Positions 46,975 to 61,220 of a stretch of DNA of 64,000 nucleotides are shown here, piece after piece. Under the pieces are notes generated by a model. The model was not told the DNA's origin and searched no databases. It worked only from the letters and a program-made list of their open reading frames with translations. How positions within the stretch are numbered: position 1 is the stretch's first letter; the number at the start of each line of letters is the position of its first letter. This stretch comes from Takakia lepidozioides (taxonomy: Eukaryota; Plantae; Bryophyta). The DNA lies in assembly GCA_030704615.1 (NCBI GenBank), contig CM060733.1, positions 39,122,001-39,186,000 of the forward strand. The letters are read 5' to 3'. The translations under genes and the position numbers were made by a program.

Positions 46975-49400
46975 TATGTACTCATAAGACTTTGTTTGCA
47001 GTAGCCTTGTGGCCATTAAGGAAAGAGAATGTACTCGTAAGACGTTGTTTGCCATTCAGGAAAGAGAGATTGTACTCATAAGACGTTGTTTGCCGTAGCC
47101 TTGTGGCCATTGACCCCGCGCCCAGTTTGAGCGGGAACAAAAGGGACAGAACCTACCTCTGTCAGGGGCTGATGTTGGTAGTAAGACTTACCTCCATATA
47201 AGGAATTAATCCGGGTTTTCCAGATATCCTCTAGAAATCCCTTCACACAAGCATCAATCTGCTGTGTGTGATTTGCCCAAAAACTAGGCCTCAGGAGGGC
47301 CTGGGCTTTTGGCTCAGCCTCGAGACTTTCAAAGTTGGTAAACAGGGGTACAGGCTTTCCCTTAATAGATTTGAAGAGAGCGTCTCTTTGGTGAGAGAAC
47401 CCCGGACAGTGTATCAGAAAATGAATACTGTCTTCAGATTGCCCACACAACGGGCAATTGCACTCTCCCTTTCCTCTCTGCTTCTGTTTGCTGTTCAAAG
47501 GTAGGCTTCCTGCCCTGAGTTTAAATTTCAGTCTAGTGCCGAGAGTGGGTACCCTTGAGGTCATCCAAGATGTCCTCCCCCATGTCACAGACTGGAAACA
47601 AGTTCAGGGAAGTTTTCTGCCTAACTTCATTTTCATCAGACAATCTCATGGCAACAGACATGGCTGAGGACACTACAGCCTCTAAGTCAGATTTATCCAG
47701 CAGGGTCAAGACTTGCGGATCCAGGTCCAGGTCCTTGAGGATCTCTTCAACTCTCTTCTGCCAGGACTTAGCCTGTTTGACAGGGCGGTCCTGTTTCCAA
47801 GATATAGAGTCAATTAATTTAGGATTTCTGGTGTTGGGCATATGTTGCAGCTGACCCCACCATCTGACCTTGAATTCATCTCGTCGGGAGCTTAAGGACG
47901 GAATGCCAAACTCACCCCGAACAGCCACATTGGCTGTTTTGGAGCATGCTGACATACACTCCTTAAGCACCCCAACTTGAATGGATTCTAGAGACTTAGC
48001 CTGGTTGGAGTTATCAACCCATATAGCAGATCGTACTCCAAGGCAGGTCTAATAACGCGACAAAGCATGGTTTTCTTAACCTCAGAGTTGACCCCTCTGC
48101 AGTGGAAAAATTTAGTGAGCCCCAGAGCTTTGCCCTTGCCAGTTTGAACAACTTTCCGGATATGTGCATCCCAATTACAATTGGAGGAGAACTCAACGCC
48201 CAGGTAAGTGTAGGAAGGGAGGACCGGGATCTCTTGGCTACCCCACTGCCACTTAAGATCACTTCCTCCCTCTCCTCTGTCGTTGAATGCTACCACTGCA
48301 CATTTGCTGACATTAGCCTCTAGCCCCCAAAGATCAAAGTATCTCTTCGCGCAATCAATCAACTCCTGGAGATTGGTTGGAGTCTCCCCTATGCCTGCGA
48401 AGTCATCCGCAAACATAAGGGCTGGTATGGTGGTATCACCCACCCTTAACCCAAATCCCTCACTTTCCACATCCTCGAGGAGTTGATTGATGAAAACATT
48501 GAAGAGCAGAGGGGAGAGAGTACATCCTTGAGCTACACCTTGGTCTATGTCAAAGAAGTTGGACTTCTGTCCGTTAACAGTGACACAGCTTTTGGTGTGA
48601 GCATACAAGTTGTGGACAACTCTCCACATCTTTCCCTTGATCCCACAAGACCAGAGGCGGAACCATAGGCCATCTCTCCACACTGTGTCATAAGCCTTTT
48701 TGACATCCAGGAAAAAGACATAAGTGGGTTTCCCTTCTTTTTTCCTCCCTGGATAATCTGGCTTAGAGTGAAGATATGATCCACACAGCCCCTGTTTCGC
48801 CGAAAGCCAGCTTGGCCTTCGTGGAAACAACCTCTAGACTCCAGATCAACCTCGAGACGAGTACTTATAACTCTGCAGAATGTCTTGCCAACAGCATTGA
48901 GGAGCGTGATGCCACGGTAGTTCCTGGGTTCTTCTCTGTCACCCTTCTTGTATAGATTGACAATGACCCCCTGTCGCCAGCGAAAGGGGATCATTTCAGT
49001 CTTCCAGATAAGGTTAAAGAGGAGAACTAGGGCCTCTATCATGGGATCGCCACCGTGCTTGATAAGCTCGTTGACAATACCATCAGGTCCACCAGCTTTA
49101 TATCCATTTAAATGTTCAATTGCTTATCTCAGAAGAACTAATGGGAGCATTATAAGCCATTGAAATATACTCCAGTTCATCAGGGCTGTTTTGAATCATA
49201 GGAACAGTTTTTCCAACTGTGTCCCTCCATTCAGCAGAAGACCCCTCACTGTTAGACCTAGAAGTTCTGCCAAGGATACTGTAGTGAGTTTCAAAGGTTT
49301 TGACAATGTCAACCGATGAAGTCACCACTGCACCTTTAGTAGTCTTCAGGAAAGAGAGAGCAAGGGAGAGAGAACTAGCTGTAGGCATTCTACCATGCTT
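46975..49400 (-). mobile_element. 5'-truncated LINE (RTEX/CR1-like RT) with tandemly repeated 3' end
   Basis: NYRGITLL, QAGFR, FLDVKKAYDTV, GVAQGCTLSPLLF, MFADDF and C-terminal CPLCG..EDSIHFLIHC. Confidence 0.9.
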
Positions 49401-52400
49401 TGTGATCATCAACCCCATGCCTATTACATATGTGTGTGAGAGAAAGAAAGAGATGGCGAGGGGGTAATTTAAGCATTCTTTGGTTCACAAATCAAAAGAA
49501 CATGTAAACTTTAAAATACCAATGTGGGTACAATTCTATGGAGGTGACAGCCAATCAGCCAACAGAACGAGAGTTCATGGAACAGAGAACGGCTTCCACG
49601 ACCTGCAAGACGGAGTCTAGACGCTGCTCCAATTTTGTTTCCCTCTTCTCATACTGCCCCCTTCGCTACACTGCACAATCGCGTTGTCCTCCAGGTCCTG
49701 ACTCCTTCCTATCTTTTGGTTTTCCTCATCTGAACTAATCTCTCTCCAGTCCTTACTTGGAGCTTCAGAGACTAACCTATGAACAAGATGACATCTCTCT
49801 TTCTGGTTGAAGAGGCAAAAGGCACATTCTCCCTCTCTTTCTCTGTTAGGCTTCCCCTGAAAATCATAAAATTGGTTCTTTCTTCATTTTCATTTAATCT
49901 CTTCTCTCTGTACACATGGATGAGAGAGGATTCTGGTGATCATCACATTACAATTAACAGGAGAAACACATGTAAATTAGGAACAAGCATGAGCTTGGTA
50001 CAGGTAGGCTGTGGCATTATTTTCTTGGTTCAAGCTTGGGTGCACTCTTGTGATGTGACTGCTTCTTCATGCGTATGTCAACCGTCTAGCTCTGGTAGGA
50101 GCAGGTTTGAGCTGACAGCTTAGGGTCAATCAATCCAGATTGACATGGATTTGGCCAGTGGCTGTAGTAGGTAGGAGTTTTAAGACCTGAGAGCATGCTG
50201 ATGTAAGAAAGTGCCAAAAATCCATATCTTCAAGTGTATGGGTCTGGAAAGGTGCCAAGAGCCAACACCAACGGAGGTATGCAGGTGGGTTAGTTTTAGA
50301 GGCACAGTAGAGAAGACAGTCTCATGAATGTTTTCTTACACCAGTGCAAACATCGGGATTGGGGATGTTGCTTGCAGCCAAGGAAGGGGAAGGCCTTCCA
50401 ATGGCCCTGGGACCGTGACGAAGAGCACCACAACAGGGTACAATCTCATGAATTTAAGCTGCTTTTTGGTGATATTGTAACCTTTTCATGCCCATTTATA
50501 GTCATTCTGGATCTTTATATTCGTCGTTGTCTGAAGCCTTCCAGGTGGCAAGGGGATGCTACCCCCTCGAGATTTTGACATCATGGAGGGGTTTGAATGC
50601 AAATTGGGTAAAAGTAAGGATAACATCTGTTACTGTGGAATGCCTGTGCGTCTATAGGTACCGGAAAGCTATCCACGTGACCCTGCAACATTTGTGCCAT
50701 ATCCCATTCCCTATGCATATGAGCCGAAAAAGAAGTGATACCTCAAGTGCAGGTTCTGTGGTTTTTTTTCCCTCTCTGATTTCATTGGTCCTTTGCTGCT
50801 TGTTGAAGTGGTTTCCTGTTGTTCTACTGTCCTGTGGGCCCTTGTGGCCCCCTGTGGATGTTATGAAGTTTCCCTCTCTCTCTCTCTTTCTCTCTCTTCC
50901 ACCATGATCACATGCAACCACATAGGGGAAGTGAGATGCATCGCCTGGTTGCAACATCTATAGTGCACAATAGGTGGGAGACATTTGTGGCAGTGTCACC
51001 AAAATATGCCCCCACGTCTGGAAATTTGTGAGACCCTCACCCCAATCGTTGCTGAATCTTGGGTGTCTTCAATTTCCTGTCTGAAACCATGGGTGTCACA
51101 GACTTTGTTCTGGCATGAAATGATTGGACCCACGTACTTTTGTGACGCCCCGACTGTCAAGTGAAAAAAGCCTGCAAACCGAGAGGTGTCTTTCATTGTT
51201 TTATCTTTTGAGGTGAGACACTGTCAACCGCTTGCATAGATTTGTTGCGATTCTAGCTTAAAAAGTACCTCTACACAATCCATCCAGCAACGTATGCTTC
51301 TCCTTGGGTTGAGTTATATTCGTGCTCTTATCTATACTGGTAAGCAAGTGAATGGGTCAGGCCTAGAGAGACCATATGAAAGTGCCCATAAGACTGTGTG
51401 CAGTGTGAAGTCCAAACATGTGACAAGGAGTAGTTAACCTTTCACTTGCCACTTCCGCCTCAGACTTCAAACACAGTTGCCAGCTTGGCACTAACTTGAG
51501 AAATGAAGATGTAGGGGTATTTGTGGCAAAGATCTTCAGCTTAATTTGAGGATGGAAGCTAATTATGGACTAGGTTGCCGCTGGGAGCGCGGTGGATATG
51601 CCTGCAGTGGGCCCGAGTCATGGGTTAAAGCGTCAAAATGAGAGTGTGGCACATCTGCAGAGGCTCTGCATTTGCTGGTTATGGCGAGGTAGTCTTAGTT
51701 GGTGGGGCTAGTGCTATAGCATACCGCATATGCTTGTAGGTTTTCGATTGCTTCTCATTTGGAGCAAAGTGTGCCTCTCTCTGTCTGTTGCGGGATTGAT
51801 TACCGGTGGTTGGGCATGTAATGTATCATTTGAAGCACTTGGTCATCTCACATGCTGAGTGACAGGTCCTATCTTCTCTTTTTTTTTTCTTCTCTTTTCA
51901 TGGTACTCTCACCAATCATCCAAGATGGGATGGATGAGAAGTTGACGTGACGATGATTAGATGATACCTACTAGCTGCAGCCGCCAACAAGCGAGCACTG
52001 AGGGAGCTGAAAGGCAGGTTCGTGTATTGAAAAGCAAGTCTCGACATCGCTGAGGCCTTGCTCTTGCAGTTGAGACGGATCACAGTGGATGCGCACAGAA
52101 ACACAGATTATTTCCACTAAGTTAGAAGAAGCCTCATGGGCTGCCCCATGGCTCTTGACTTCAACCTGCAGGATCTCACACTTTCAATGCTTGTGGGATT
52201 TGAGGGTTCTTCATGAGTGCTCATGTGCTTTTCCTGACACGAAAGACAGAAACGAAGACCTGATACTTCCACTACTCAAAAGTGAGCAATAGATAGTTAT
52301 TGTGCGCAAGCAGCCAATGTACATGCATGAAGTAGTTTGATGAGTATTATCATTACATTTGTAGCCTCAGCAGTATCAGCCATCAAATGTTGAATTTGGG

Positions 52401-53319
52401 GACACAAGGAAACATTTTTGTGTGATACACACATTGCTAATTTCTTTCCAGGAAAAGCAATGACTCAATGTGCCTGCAGTAGTTTTCAGGAGGTGTAGCT
52501 CGTGTCAGTCCAAGCATGCACAGCCAGCTCGACAGTAGGGAGGGGCTAAGAGAAGATTCACCACAAGAACAAATTTCAAAACATTGGAAACTGCACAACA
52601 TTTTCTGTGCCCAATTCAACAGTTATGACGCTTTCACAACGTCGCATAGCTTTATAAAAAGACCCAAGTGAGGTGACTGTACAGAAGGGGTAAAACTGTC
52701 CCCAAGAGGAGAAACAAAATCTCATAGGGCTAGCTATATTGACAAAAAGAATCAAACTATGTATTCTAGTATCACCTACTGCCTGAAGAAGGCAGGAAAG
52801 AGGATGGGTCAGTAAGTGCCAGGAGGGGAGATGAAGCCGGCCTTGCAACCTCTGCCGACGTAAAATAGACTTCACACATGGGGTTGGAAAGTCAACTCCA
52901 CATAAGTTTTCGAAGTCTCCGGAGTCCCTAGGTTGTCACCAAATTGGTGTGGAGGTTGGGTGGATGTCGGCATCCGAACACGTCCGTTGGCAGTGTCGTG
53001 ATGATCCTAAATTGTGCATAAAAGTTAGTTCTATGCATTTGTCTGTATACCAGTGAGGGTGTTTGTTTCGTGTCTCATCTTGCAAGAATGCTTTTGCGCA
53101 CTGTCATGCGGCATTCGAAATCTCATCCATCCATCCATTCAATATGCTTGGCAAACATGCTAGTGGCTAGGTCAAGTTGCAATTTTTTGTAAGTAGTGGC
53201 GAGTTTTTTATTTTTTTAATTTTGTATAGGGCAATGCCCTAAGTGGAGGGCCTGACGCCGAGGGCGGTAGCCCCAGGGGAAGGCCCGCAAATCTGGGAAT
53301 GCCCCACAGGTGGGGCCTT

Positions 53320-53507
53320 ACCCTGCGTAAAGCACTGCCACAAAATTTAAAGAATAATAAAAATGTTCGGTCCATTCTGCATTTCGGAATGCACTTGAGG
53401 GAGCTGATGGGGTGCATTCCGAGATGCAGAATGCACCCCAATGAATTATGCTTTTTAACGGCACGATAAATACAAAGAAAATTTGTGGCAGTGCTTTACG
53501 AAAGGGA
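53320..53507. repeat. Foldback (MITE-like) inverted repeat
   Basis: CGTAAAGCACTGCCACAAA/TTTGTGGCAGTGCTTTACG and CATTCTGCATTTCGGAATGCAC/GTGCATTCCGAGATGCAGAATG arms. Confidence 0.75.
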
Positions 53508-56299
53508 AACCCTCCTTGGAGTGAGCATGAAGGCTCAAGGGATGGTGAGTTCCGCTGTATATGCTCACTTTGCGTGAGCCTCTTGACACAAAGAAATAGG
53601 CATATTCTACATATTCCCCAACCATCCTAAGAATATGCGACAGCAAAATGAAAATGTGCTCACGTGACAAAATTACGAAACATGTTCAAAATTTGTGTCT
53701 ACGTGAGCACAAGAGTTTTGCTAGCAAAATTATCTTTCTGATTTTTGGTTTATATATATATATATATAATGTTTGCTTCGCCACCGAAACTCTCCAAACT
53801 CGAGTATTTCTCACATTTCGCTAGCGGGGTTTTAACTAAAATATACTCATAGACCATTTAACTGATCCTAATCATGTACTTTGAGGGTATTGTGGTTTCT
53901 ATTAATTAATAGACTCACGTTTGCTGTTTTTTTTTGGGGGGCCATGCCTCTGCAGAGCCCACTGCTTACTAATTTAGTAAGTAGTAAGTTAGTAGGTAGT
54001 AAGAGGGGCCCCTCCCTTATATACCCTCCTAGCCGGTGGGACCCTTCTAGAAGGCCATTGTCAACCCTACAAGACTCCCTATCTAAATTTGGCCTATTCT
54101 TTTTTTGGACCCCTTGATCTCATACCTTAACACACGTGGCCTTACTACCTAAGCAACTCCTCACAATTCAGGCCCTTCAGATAAGCCATTAGGCAGGAAA
54201 CGTCACCCCCAGACCAACCGGTCACGAACGATCCACACACCACGCAGGGCAATGGGTTTTGAACCCCGAACCACTAGGGCGACACACTGTGCACTTACCA
54301 GCTGATGTGAATGTTTTCAAAAGTAACTTCAGCACATTGATTTCTCCGCACACTAATTAAAGGGGCCTGATTTGTGAGCGGTCGTGTTTCCCATAAATTG
54401 TTTTAAGAAAAAAAAACCTTCAGCACTTGTTTTGAGCTACTGAAAGTCTGGTCTTGAGCATCTTAAAGTTCTGATTAGAGTGGCTCAAACTGTTCTTCTG
54501 ACTTCTGACCTTAGTCGAAATAATAGCCCCTTTCTTGCAAAATAAAATAAAATAACGGAACTAATTTTTGAGATTCCTATGATGGAACTCATTTGTGTGG
54601 CTGAAATCAGAACTGGAAGATTGAGGACGTCGATAATTTCTTTTCATGGAGAGCTTGTAAGGGGGCTGCTTTCCAATCCTACTACATGCCGTTGGAAGAA
54701 TATGCCATATGGCCCTAGACTCGTTGGCCCCAAATTCAACCTGCAATGACCCACCGTGCAGATTTCTTTCCGAGGTTTGCCTTCCAAGTTGACTCAGGCA
54801 AGCCGTAAGTCATTGGTAATAGAGCAAGTGAGGAAGACTCTTGCCCAAGCAAATACGACTTATGGTGTCACTTCACAAGTCCACCCCCCATGTGACTTAT
54901 GGTGCCCGACTCATAGGTAGTACTAGTACTTGGTGTAGAGATATTCCTCCGAAAATGTATAGTCCATTTTGGGCAATTATTAACCATCCGGAGTATGAAA
55001 GAATTAACATTCATGCCAGGGCTGGAGGGGATAGCTATCATGATCTTTTAAAGATCCAAGAGATCCATGGCATTACTTAGGTGGGTGAAGTGGGTGAAGT
55101 TAGATGAAAGCCATGCCTGAAGCTAAAATGTAAAGACTATCGAGATTGAGTGTTGTGATGCAAGAAATAATTGAGTGCTGTGCCGTCTAGGATTTTTGGA
55201 AGGTGCAGGGTACTTAAGGCATGGCAGATTACGTTGTTGCCATTACCGAACCCTAACAATGTAGTTTGAATTTCAGCATTGCATAGACCGGAGGAATTAG
55301 ACTTGCATTCAAAAATTTGAAAGCCCCATGGGAGCCTGGTGACTGCTAAAGGGAAATTGATCGTTTTTACTTCTTCGATTTCACATTCAAAGCAACCCCC
55401 CCAATTCTTCAAGTATGGATCTCAAATTTTGAGATAAAATGACATATTTGAATGTGGACCACATGAGAAATCCAGAATCCAGAACATTGTGGAATGGAAA
55501 TGCTTGGTCAAACCAAATCTTAACCATCAGTCAGTAGCTCAGTTGATTAAGTGCACTGAGTGCCACCCAGATGATTCTGGGGTTAAATCTTGCTACCGAC
55601 GGGTGTGGTATGGTTCCTGGGTGGTGCCCCCTTCCTACGCCTCATGGCGGGTTCTAAAGAGGTTATTTTCTCCTCTCACTATCAAGGGGCCTGATTTTGC
55701 TAACTCCTCCATTCTCTAATTAGTACATCGATGTAATTTTCTACAACTCCTATAGTTTCTAACTGAAATGACACAAAAATCAATAGGAAAAATATTGAAG
55801 AGTCGAGTAGCATTTTGTTTTCAAAAAATCGAAAATTATACTTAAATTATAACTCCACTAAAGATTTCATGTCAATTTTAATGATTCAATGTATGTAAAT
55901 AAAACGTAATAAAATTTGAACTCCAATGATTTTAGAATTACACGTAGTAACTTGTCCCCCTGAGATTTTATTCGCACGAAGTTTATTTTGTGCAAAAGTT
56001 GTTTCATATTATATTTAACAATCATAGAATAATTCATTTGGAAAAAAACAAACAGAAGTTTCTAGCAAAACAATTATGGCTTATACGATAATGTTTTCAA
56101 GAAGTTCAAAATAAATGGCTTCATCTGCACTCCAACCACAGAACAAATAATCCACCCATGGATGATGCTAATTCATCCACCTGGACGATTTCAAGACGAC
56201 CTCTCTCCTTCATTTCCCGTGCAAACAGTGTGCGGTTAGTGGGTGGATGTGTGAAGAATTTTTTTGCTACATAGGTGAAGCCTTCAAAGAGGAGATTAA

Positions 56300-56973
56300 C
56301 CCTTAAATGTCCATACGTTATGTTTGATTTTTTTTATAAAAAACTTTGACCCTTTGCCACAAAAATCAGTGTAAAACTTGGTAAAATCTGAATTTTTATA
56401 AATTGACTAAATTTCTAGGCCACCTCCCTGCTGCACACCGTGACAAAAATTCAAGGAAATCCGACCAGATCCAAAGATTTCGCACCGTTGAAACTTTGAC
56501 CTATATTTCTGGGGCTATTGTAAAACTAAATCAATTTCCAGCTAGTTATTTTTATTTTTCAGCTAGGACAGGTTCAAGTCTTTTTTTCATGAAACTTTGT
56601 CCAGTCATCAACATTGAGATATAGCATTTGACAAACTAAACATGAGCTGATTTGGATGAATATAGAGGATGTGGAACGTAATCAACGCACCTAGCATTTT
56701 GCATGTGCGTCCGTGCACAACACAACTACAACGTCTTAAGAACAGAGATGAAAAACTAAAGAACAACTAGGTTATAATTCACAAATAGACCCCCTTTGCC
56801 ACTATCATAACTTTTGTGAAACAAAAGAAATTAAGCAATTGATGCGGAACCTATGTTGCCAAGTGATTGATATTAGCATACTCAAAGGGCAGATCTGCTC
56901 AAACAGATCTTCTCAAGATATTTTAAGAAAAACAATACGAAAAGCCCAAAATGGTCTGGTGAGCGTTTAAGGG
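56300..56973. mobile_element. piggyBac-like non-autonomous element
   Basis: TTAA|CCCTTAAATG ... CGTTTAAGGG|TTAA: TTAA TSD and CCC-initiated TIRs, AT-rich interior. Confidence 0.7.
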
Positions 56974-57009
56974 TTAAGAGTGTTCTGCATACGCTTTCTA
57001 GTCTTCCTC

Positions 57010-58234
57010 GCACTCACGTTTCGCATTGTCAACAATAAATCTCTTACATCATCTTTTAGCCCACATCGAAACGGACTAATGAGGCTCTTCTCATTCGAGT
57101 CGAGGTCGCACGCAAGTTGTCGAAATTCGGCTGCATAAATGGAAGTATGACGTGCTCATTGTCGAAGATTTCGCATCTTTGTCTCCGCAACTCTCTCTCT
57201 ATCATTATCTCCAAACGTTGCAGTGAACTCAGACATGAACGCTTCAAAATTGTATAGTATATGCGAATTTGTTTCTAATAGCGGTGCAAACCAAGATAGA
57301 GTAGTGTCTGATAGAAGGGTGCCCACGAATCCCACTTCAATACCTTCATCAGGGTAGAGTTGTGGATGTAGTCGTAGCCTACAATCGTACTTGTTGAACA
57401 AAACCGCGAAATCTTGATCTCGTCCCATCAAATTTCTCGAGCATGCTGATCTTTGGTTCTCTCATAATCTGTTGAAGATGAACCGTTGCAGTATGACCTG
57501 TTGCAGTAGGGACTCGTATGGTTGTAGATCCATTGTTCGAAATTTGTTATTGCAAATTGTAGAGAACATTGTCAAGATCTTGAGATTGATCAGCTTATAA
57601 TTGGGTGATAGAGGTACGAAGTTCTTGCATCTGGAGCTAAAGATTCTGCAAGGTGACGACCATTTCCGCAAATGTGTCTTCCATCTCAACTAACTAAGGA
57701 ACAAACTTTAGTCTCGCCAAACTGTCAAAGACGAGAACATGACTGAATACAAACAAGAGATCAGACTAGAGGTACAAGACTAGACAAGAAGTCAAGGTCG
57801 GCGTGGCCGAATGCATGATGGGTAAACATGAATCAAGATGATCTTTATAACAATGGACAAGAGTATAAGATACTGAAACTCGACTTGAATACTAGAATGC
57901 TGGAAACTGGACTGGAGTACCAAATACTGAAAACTGGACTGAAGTATTGGAACTAGAAACAAGAGTAGTTTGAACTTGTGTTGAAGAGTGTCCAGTCTCG
58001 CCTCCTATATATACTGGTTACTATGAAGTTCCCTAAGAAACTTCCCCAATGGAGGTTTCTTGATGGAGAAGTTTCCTCCAAATGAAGCTTCATGAGCAGT
58101 TTCCTAAGTTATTCTCGGTAATTTGGTAAATTTTTGGTAATTTGATAACTAATGATAACTTCCGGTAAATCATGGTAATTTGGTAACTTCTGATATTTAC
58201 TCCTGATAAGTTCTTCTGGGCTATGTCCGTGACA
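57010..58234 (-). mobile_element. Truncated copy of family B (5' LTR 57723-58234 plus gag start)
   Basis: Collinear with 35215-36510; TGTCA...TGACA LTR. Confidence 0.92.
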
Positions 58235-58449
58235 GCTTATTGCTAAAGACAATTCCATCAAAGAATTGCTAGAAAAAAATAAATCAAAAGATTGAAAGCA
58301 ATCATCTTGCAATCTCTTCAAGGGTTGATGAAAAACATGAAGTTGCTAATGCAAGGCTTGAAGCTGTTTCAGAGGGAGATGCTCTTATACATGCCCTATT
58401 GTCTTGTCTAACATGGCAATCCAATTGTTGTTGTATGCTCTAAAACAAC

Positions 58450-60350
58450 AACCGGTTGAGCATATATCAAAACATACTAAATTTTGCTCAACTTACAATT
58501 GAGGGGGATCCAAAGCTCACCGTTTTGGCAACAACTCTTGGTATGGCCATAGGTCTCTTGCAGACAGATCTGCCAGCCAAAAAAATTGGGAGGACTGGGG
58601 GTTCTGGACCTGGAGACCCAAATCACAACCCTCCTTGGGAAGTGACTGCCAAGATTCTAAGGCCCAGAAGGAGGCTGGTGGAAGTTTTTGGTGGTAGGAA
58701 ATATGATGATGGCAAGCCCCCTTAAGACCTCTAAATGACACCCCTCCATTCGCTGGATCACACAGGGATTCAAGCACAAAATGGTGGGATCGTCCCTATG
58801 GAACGTCATCTGGAAAGCTTGGGCTGCACTGAGACCATTTCTCCGCAAAAAAAAGTCGGAGTCTTACGAGGAAACCCTCCGCCAGCACCTATTTTTGAAC
58901 ACCAACGCGCCTACACCAGCTAAAAAATCGCGCCCACAGCTGGCAAAAAAATGGTCTGCCTGGGACAATAGGGGCATCAGTCAACTAAAACACTTGTGGT
59001 CGCTTGCAGGCTTCTTGCATATTGACACAATTAGCCCTATACTGGGGTCAATCAGAGCCAAGGCCGGGCTTCAGACGGTCATAAATTCTATACCTCAAAC
59101 CTGGACCATGTCTCTGCAGGCAGGACCAATAACCCCCTCCACGAACTTCTGGACATTGGGAGTCATAAGCAACAGACTCACCATCCTATTGGTGATTTTT
59201 GCCACAGACACCCACTTCTCAGGGTTCGCTTACCATATCAACCCTGAAACTCTAGTTCTGATCTTGGTTTCTCAATCCCAAACCCTCTTCCCTCGTTTCA
59301 ATCATACCCCGGTGAGAATATGCAATTGGTCATCTAAGTTCACAGAGTTTGATCCCCAACCATCTCTTACCGTATATGTCCTGTCCTGGGTTGATGCCTC
59401 CACATTTGTGTGGATCCTAGGAAGACCTCTGGCGGACCTCCAGCTGGACCCCAAAGAATGGGAAATGGGCCTTTGGCCGAACAACAATACCCCTTCTTAC
59501 CTACACCCCCAAGAAGGCTTATATGGCTCTTAACATCCAGCCATCCATCTCTACTAAGTGGAATAGCAAATGGAGTCACTTTGGATTCTTGAATGAGAAC
59601 TGGTCAGCAATCTGGTCTTCTATCTGGCTAAAAATTTGGCCTGCCAAGATCTCGGCGTTTTTATAGCAAGTGGCGAACATAGCCCTAAAAGTGGGAGAAT
59701 GGTTGCAATTCCATGAAGCTTTACTGTGTGGATGCTGCTCCTCGGGAATCATTGAAACTCATGAGCACTGCCTTCTTGCCTGTAAAAAGACCTTTAGCAA
59801 GGAGACAATCAGTACCTCCGCTTTGTTGGCGATGGTGTACAAAGACCTTTTAACGGAGTCGAAAAAAGCTTGGGAAAAATGTGTTGTAGATTGTCACAGG
59901 ACCCCACATTCAGAGCAACGTGGGCCTGCCATGGCATCATTTGTCATAGCGACGAGTAGGAACACTATGTTTGGAATGCTCTCCCCCCTCAGAGCTGGAG
60001 AGACCTCAGAGCTCCACTCCACAGCCTCGCCGGAATTTGAGAGAGACGTGAACTGGAAACGCGTCAAGCATCCTGCCACTACTTCTAGGCCAAATTTTTG
60101 TTAAAGCGTAGCTGTAGATTAGCTCCCCAGTAATCTCAGTTGCAGGCTTAGACATTTTTTGGAAGTCTCTCGAACAGGGCTAAGTTGTTTCGAGAGGTCC
60201 TCTCTCTATGAGCACACTACTGCACTTTAGCGACAGGTAGTTGATCACCCTTCACTTGACTATAGTGTGTAGCCCTCATGGTGCAAAAAGGGGTTTTATT
60301 TTTTTCCCCATAATTTTGGAATAAATGCAATATTTCTCTTTAAAAAAATC
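58450..60350 (+). mobile_element. L1/Tx1-like LINE 3' fragment
   Basis: VGSSLWNVIWKAW..EETLRQHLFLN aligns with VGSAAWKSIWDAW..EEAIRQPLFGN of the 12.4-17.7 kb LINE; zf-RVT ETHEHCLLAC. Confidence 0.85.
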
Positions 60351-60548
60351 TTTACCATTTAATATTTGCTCCAAACGTTTAAACTAGTTTAAATAACAAT
60401 AATAATTGTTATTTGGGGTGAGGTTGGATCGCCTGTGAGCATACTCACCCAATGTCAGCATGCTGTCACCAACGAAATCAGCTTGCATGAGCACAAATTT
60501 TGAAGTATTTTTTTTTTCCACAAGTTTGAGTTTTGTGTGTCACTCGTG

Positions 60549-61220
60549 ATGGCTCTCAAGGTTTATGGACTCGCCTCAAGTCCACCTGCACTGGGCGAGT
60601 GCTGGCCACCCTCTTTGACAAATTGCGGATGACGAATTTGTCCTTGTCGGCCAGTGAACCGCGTGGGCACTGGAGCAAACAAGCAACCGAAGTTCCTCGC
60701 TCGCCTGGTTTGTAGTTTGTACAAACTGTTCAATTTGAACATTGTCTGTAACCGTGGACCCAGGTGAAGAGCTCACAACAGATTGCAAGATTAAGTCGAG
60801 TTTAGTAGACAAGACAACTTGATGAGATGTTCAAATCAAACTGGTTGGGAATGCCGCAAAGCAAGGAATTTCGGGGTATTTTTGGCATGCCGGCTGATAA
60901 ATTAACGCACGAGTAATAAAAGTCCCCGTGGCTACTGTTCGGAAGCATTTGTTTCATCTCGAGTTCAGTAACGATTCCCAGACTAAGAATCACATTTACC
61001 ATTGATTTGTAGCCCTTTGGTTTATCCCAGTTGTAGAGGATGGCGACATCACGATATTAAGTCAATCAACTAAAACTTACATTTGTTATCTCGCAAGAAG
61101 CTGATCTCGAAGGGCAAGCTGATCGACTAGTCTGTCGAAGCGATATATTATGTCCTAGTTACCAGGGCAATGGCAGAATATCGCGCTAGTGCAAGATACA
61201 TTTGACAATCGTTATGAGCT
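60549..61220 (+). pseudogene. Phi-class GST pseudogene
   Basis: Frameshifted exon 1 (MALKVYGL..STCTGRVLATLF..TGANKQPKFLA), exon 2 PFGFIPVVEDGDITI at ~61013, and an exon-3 stub at ~61177. Confidence 0.8.

Noticed and set aside
55528-55610. tRNA gene
   Set aside because: Only A/B boxes, no complete cloverleaf; continues into a shared SINE body.
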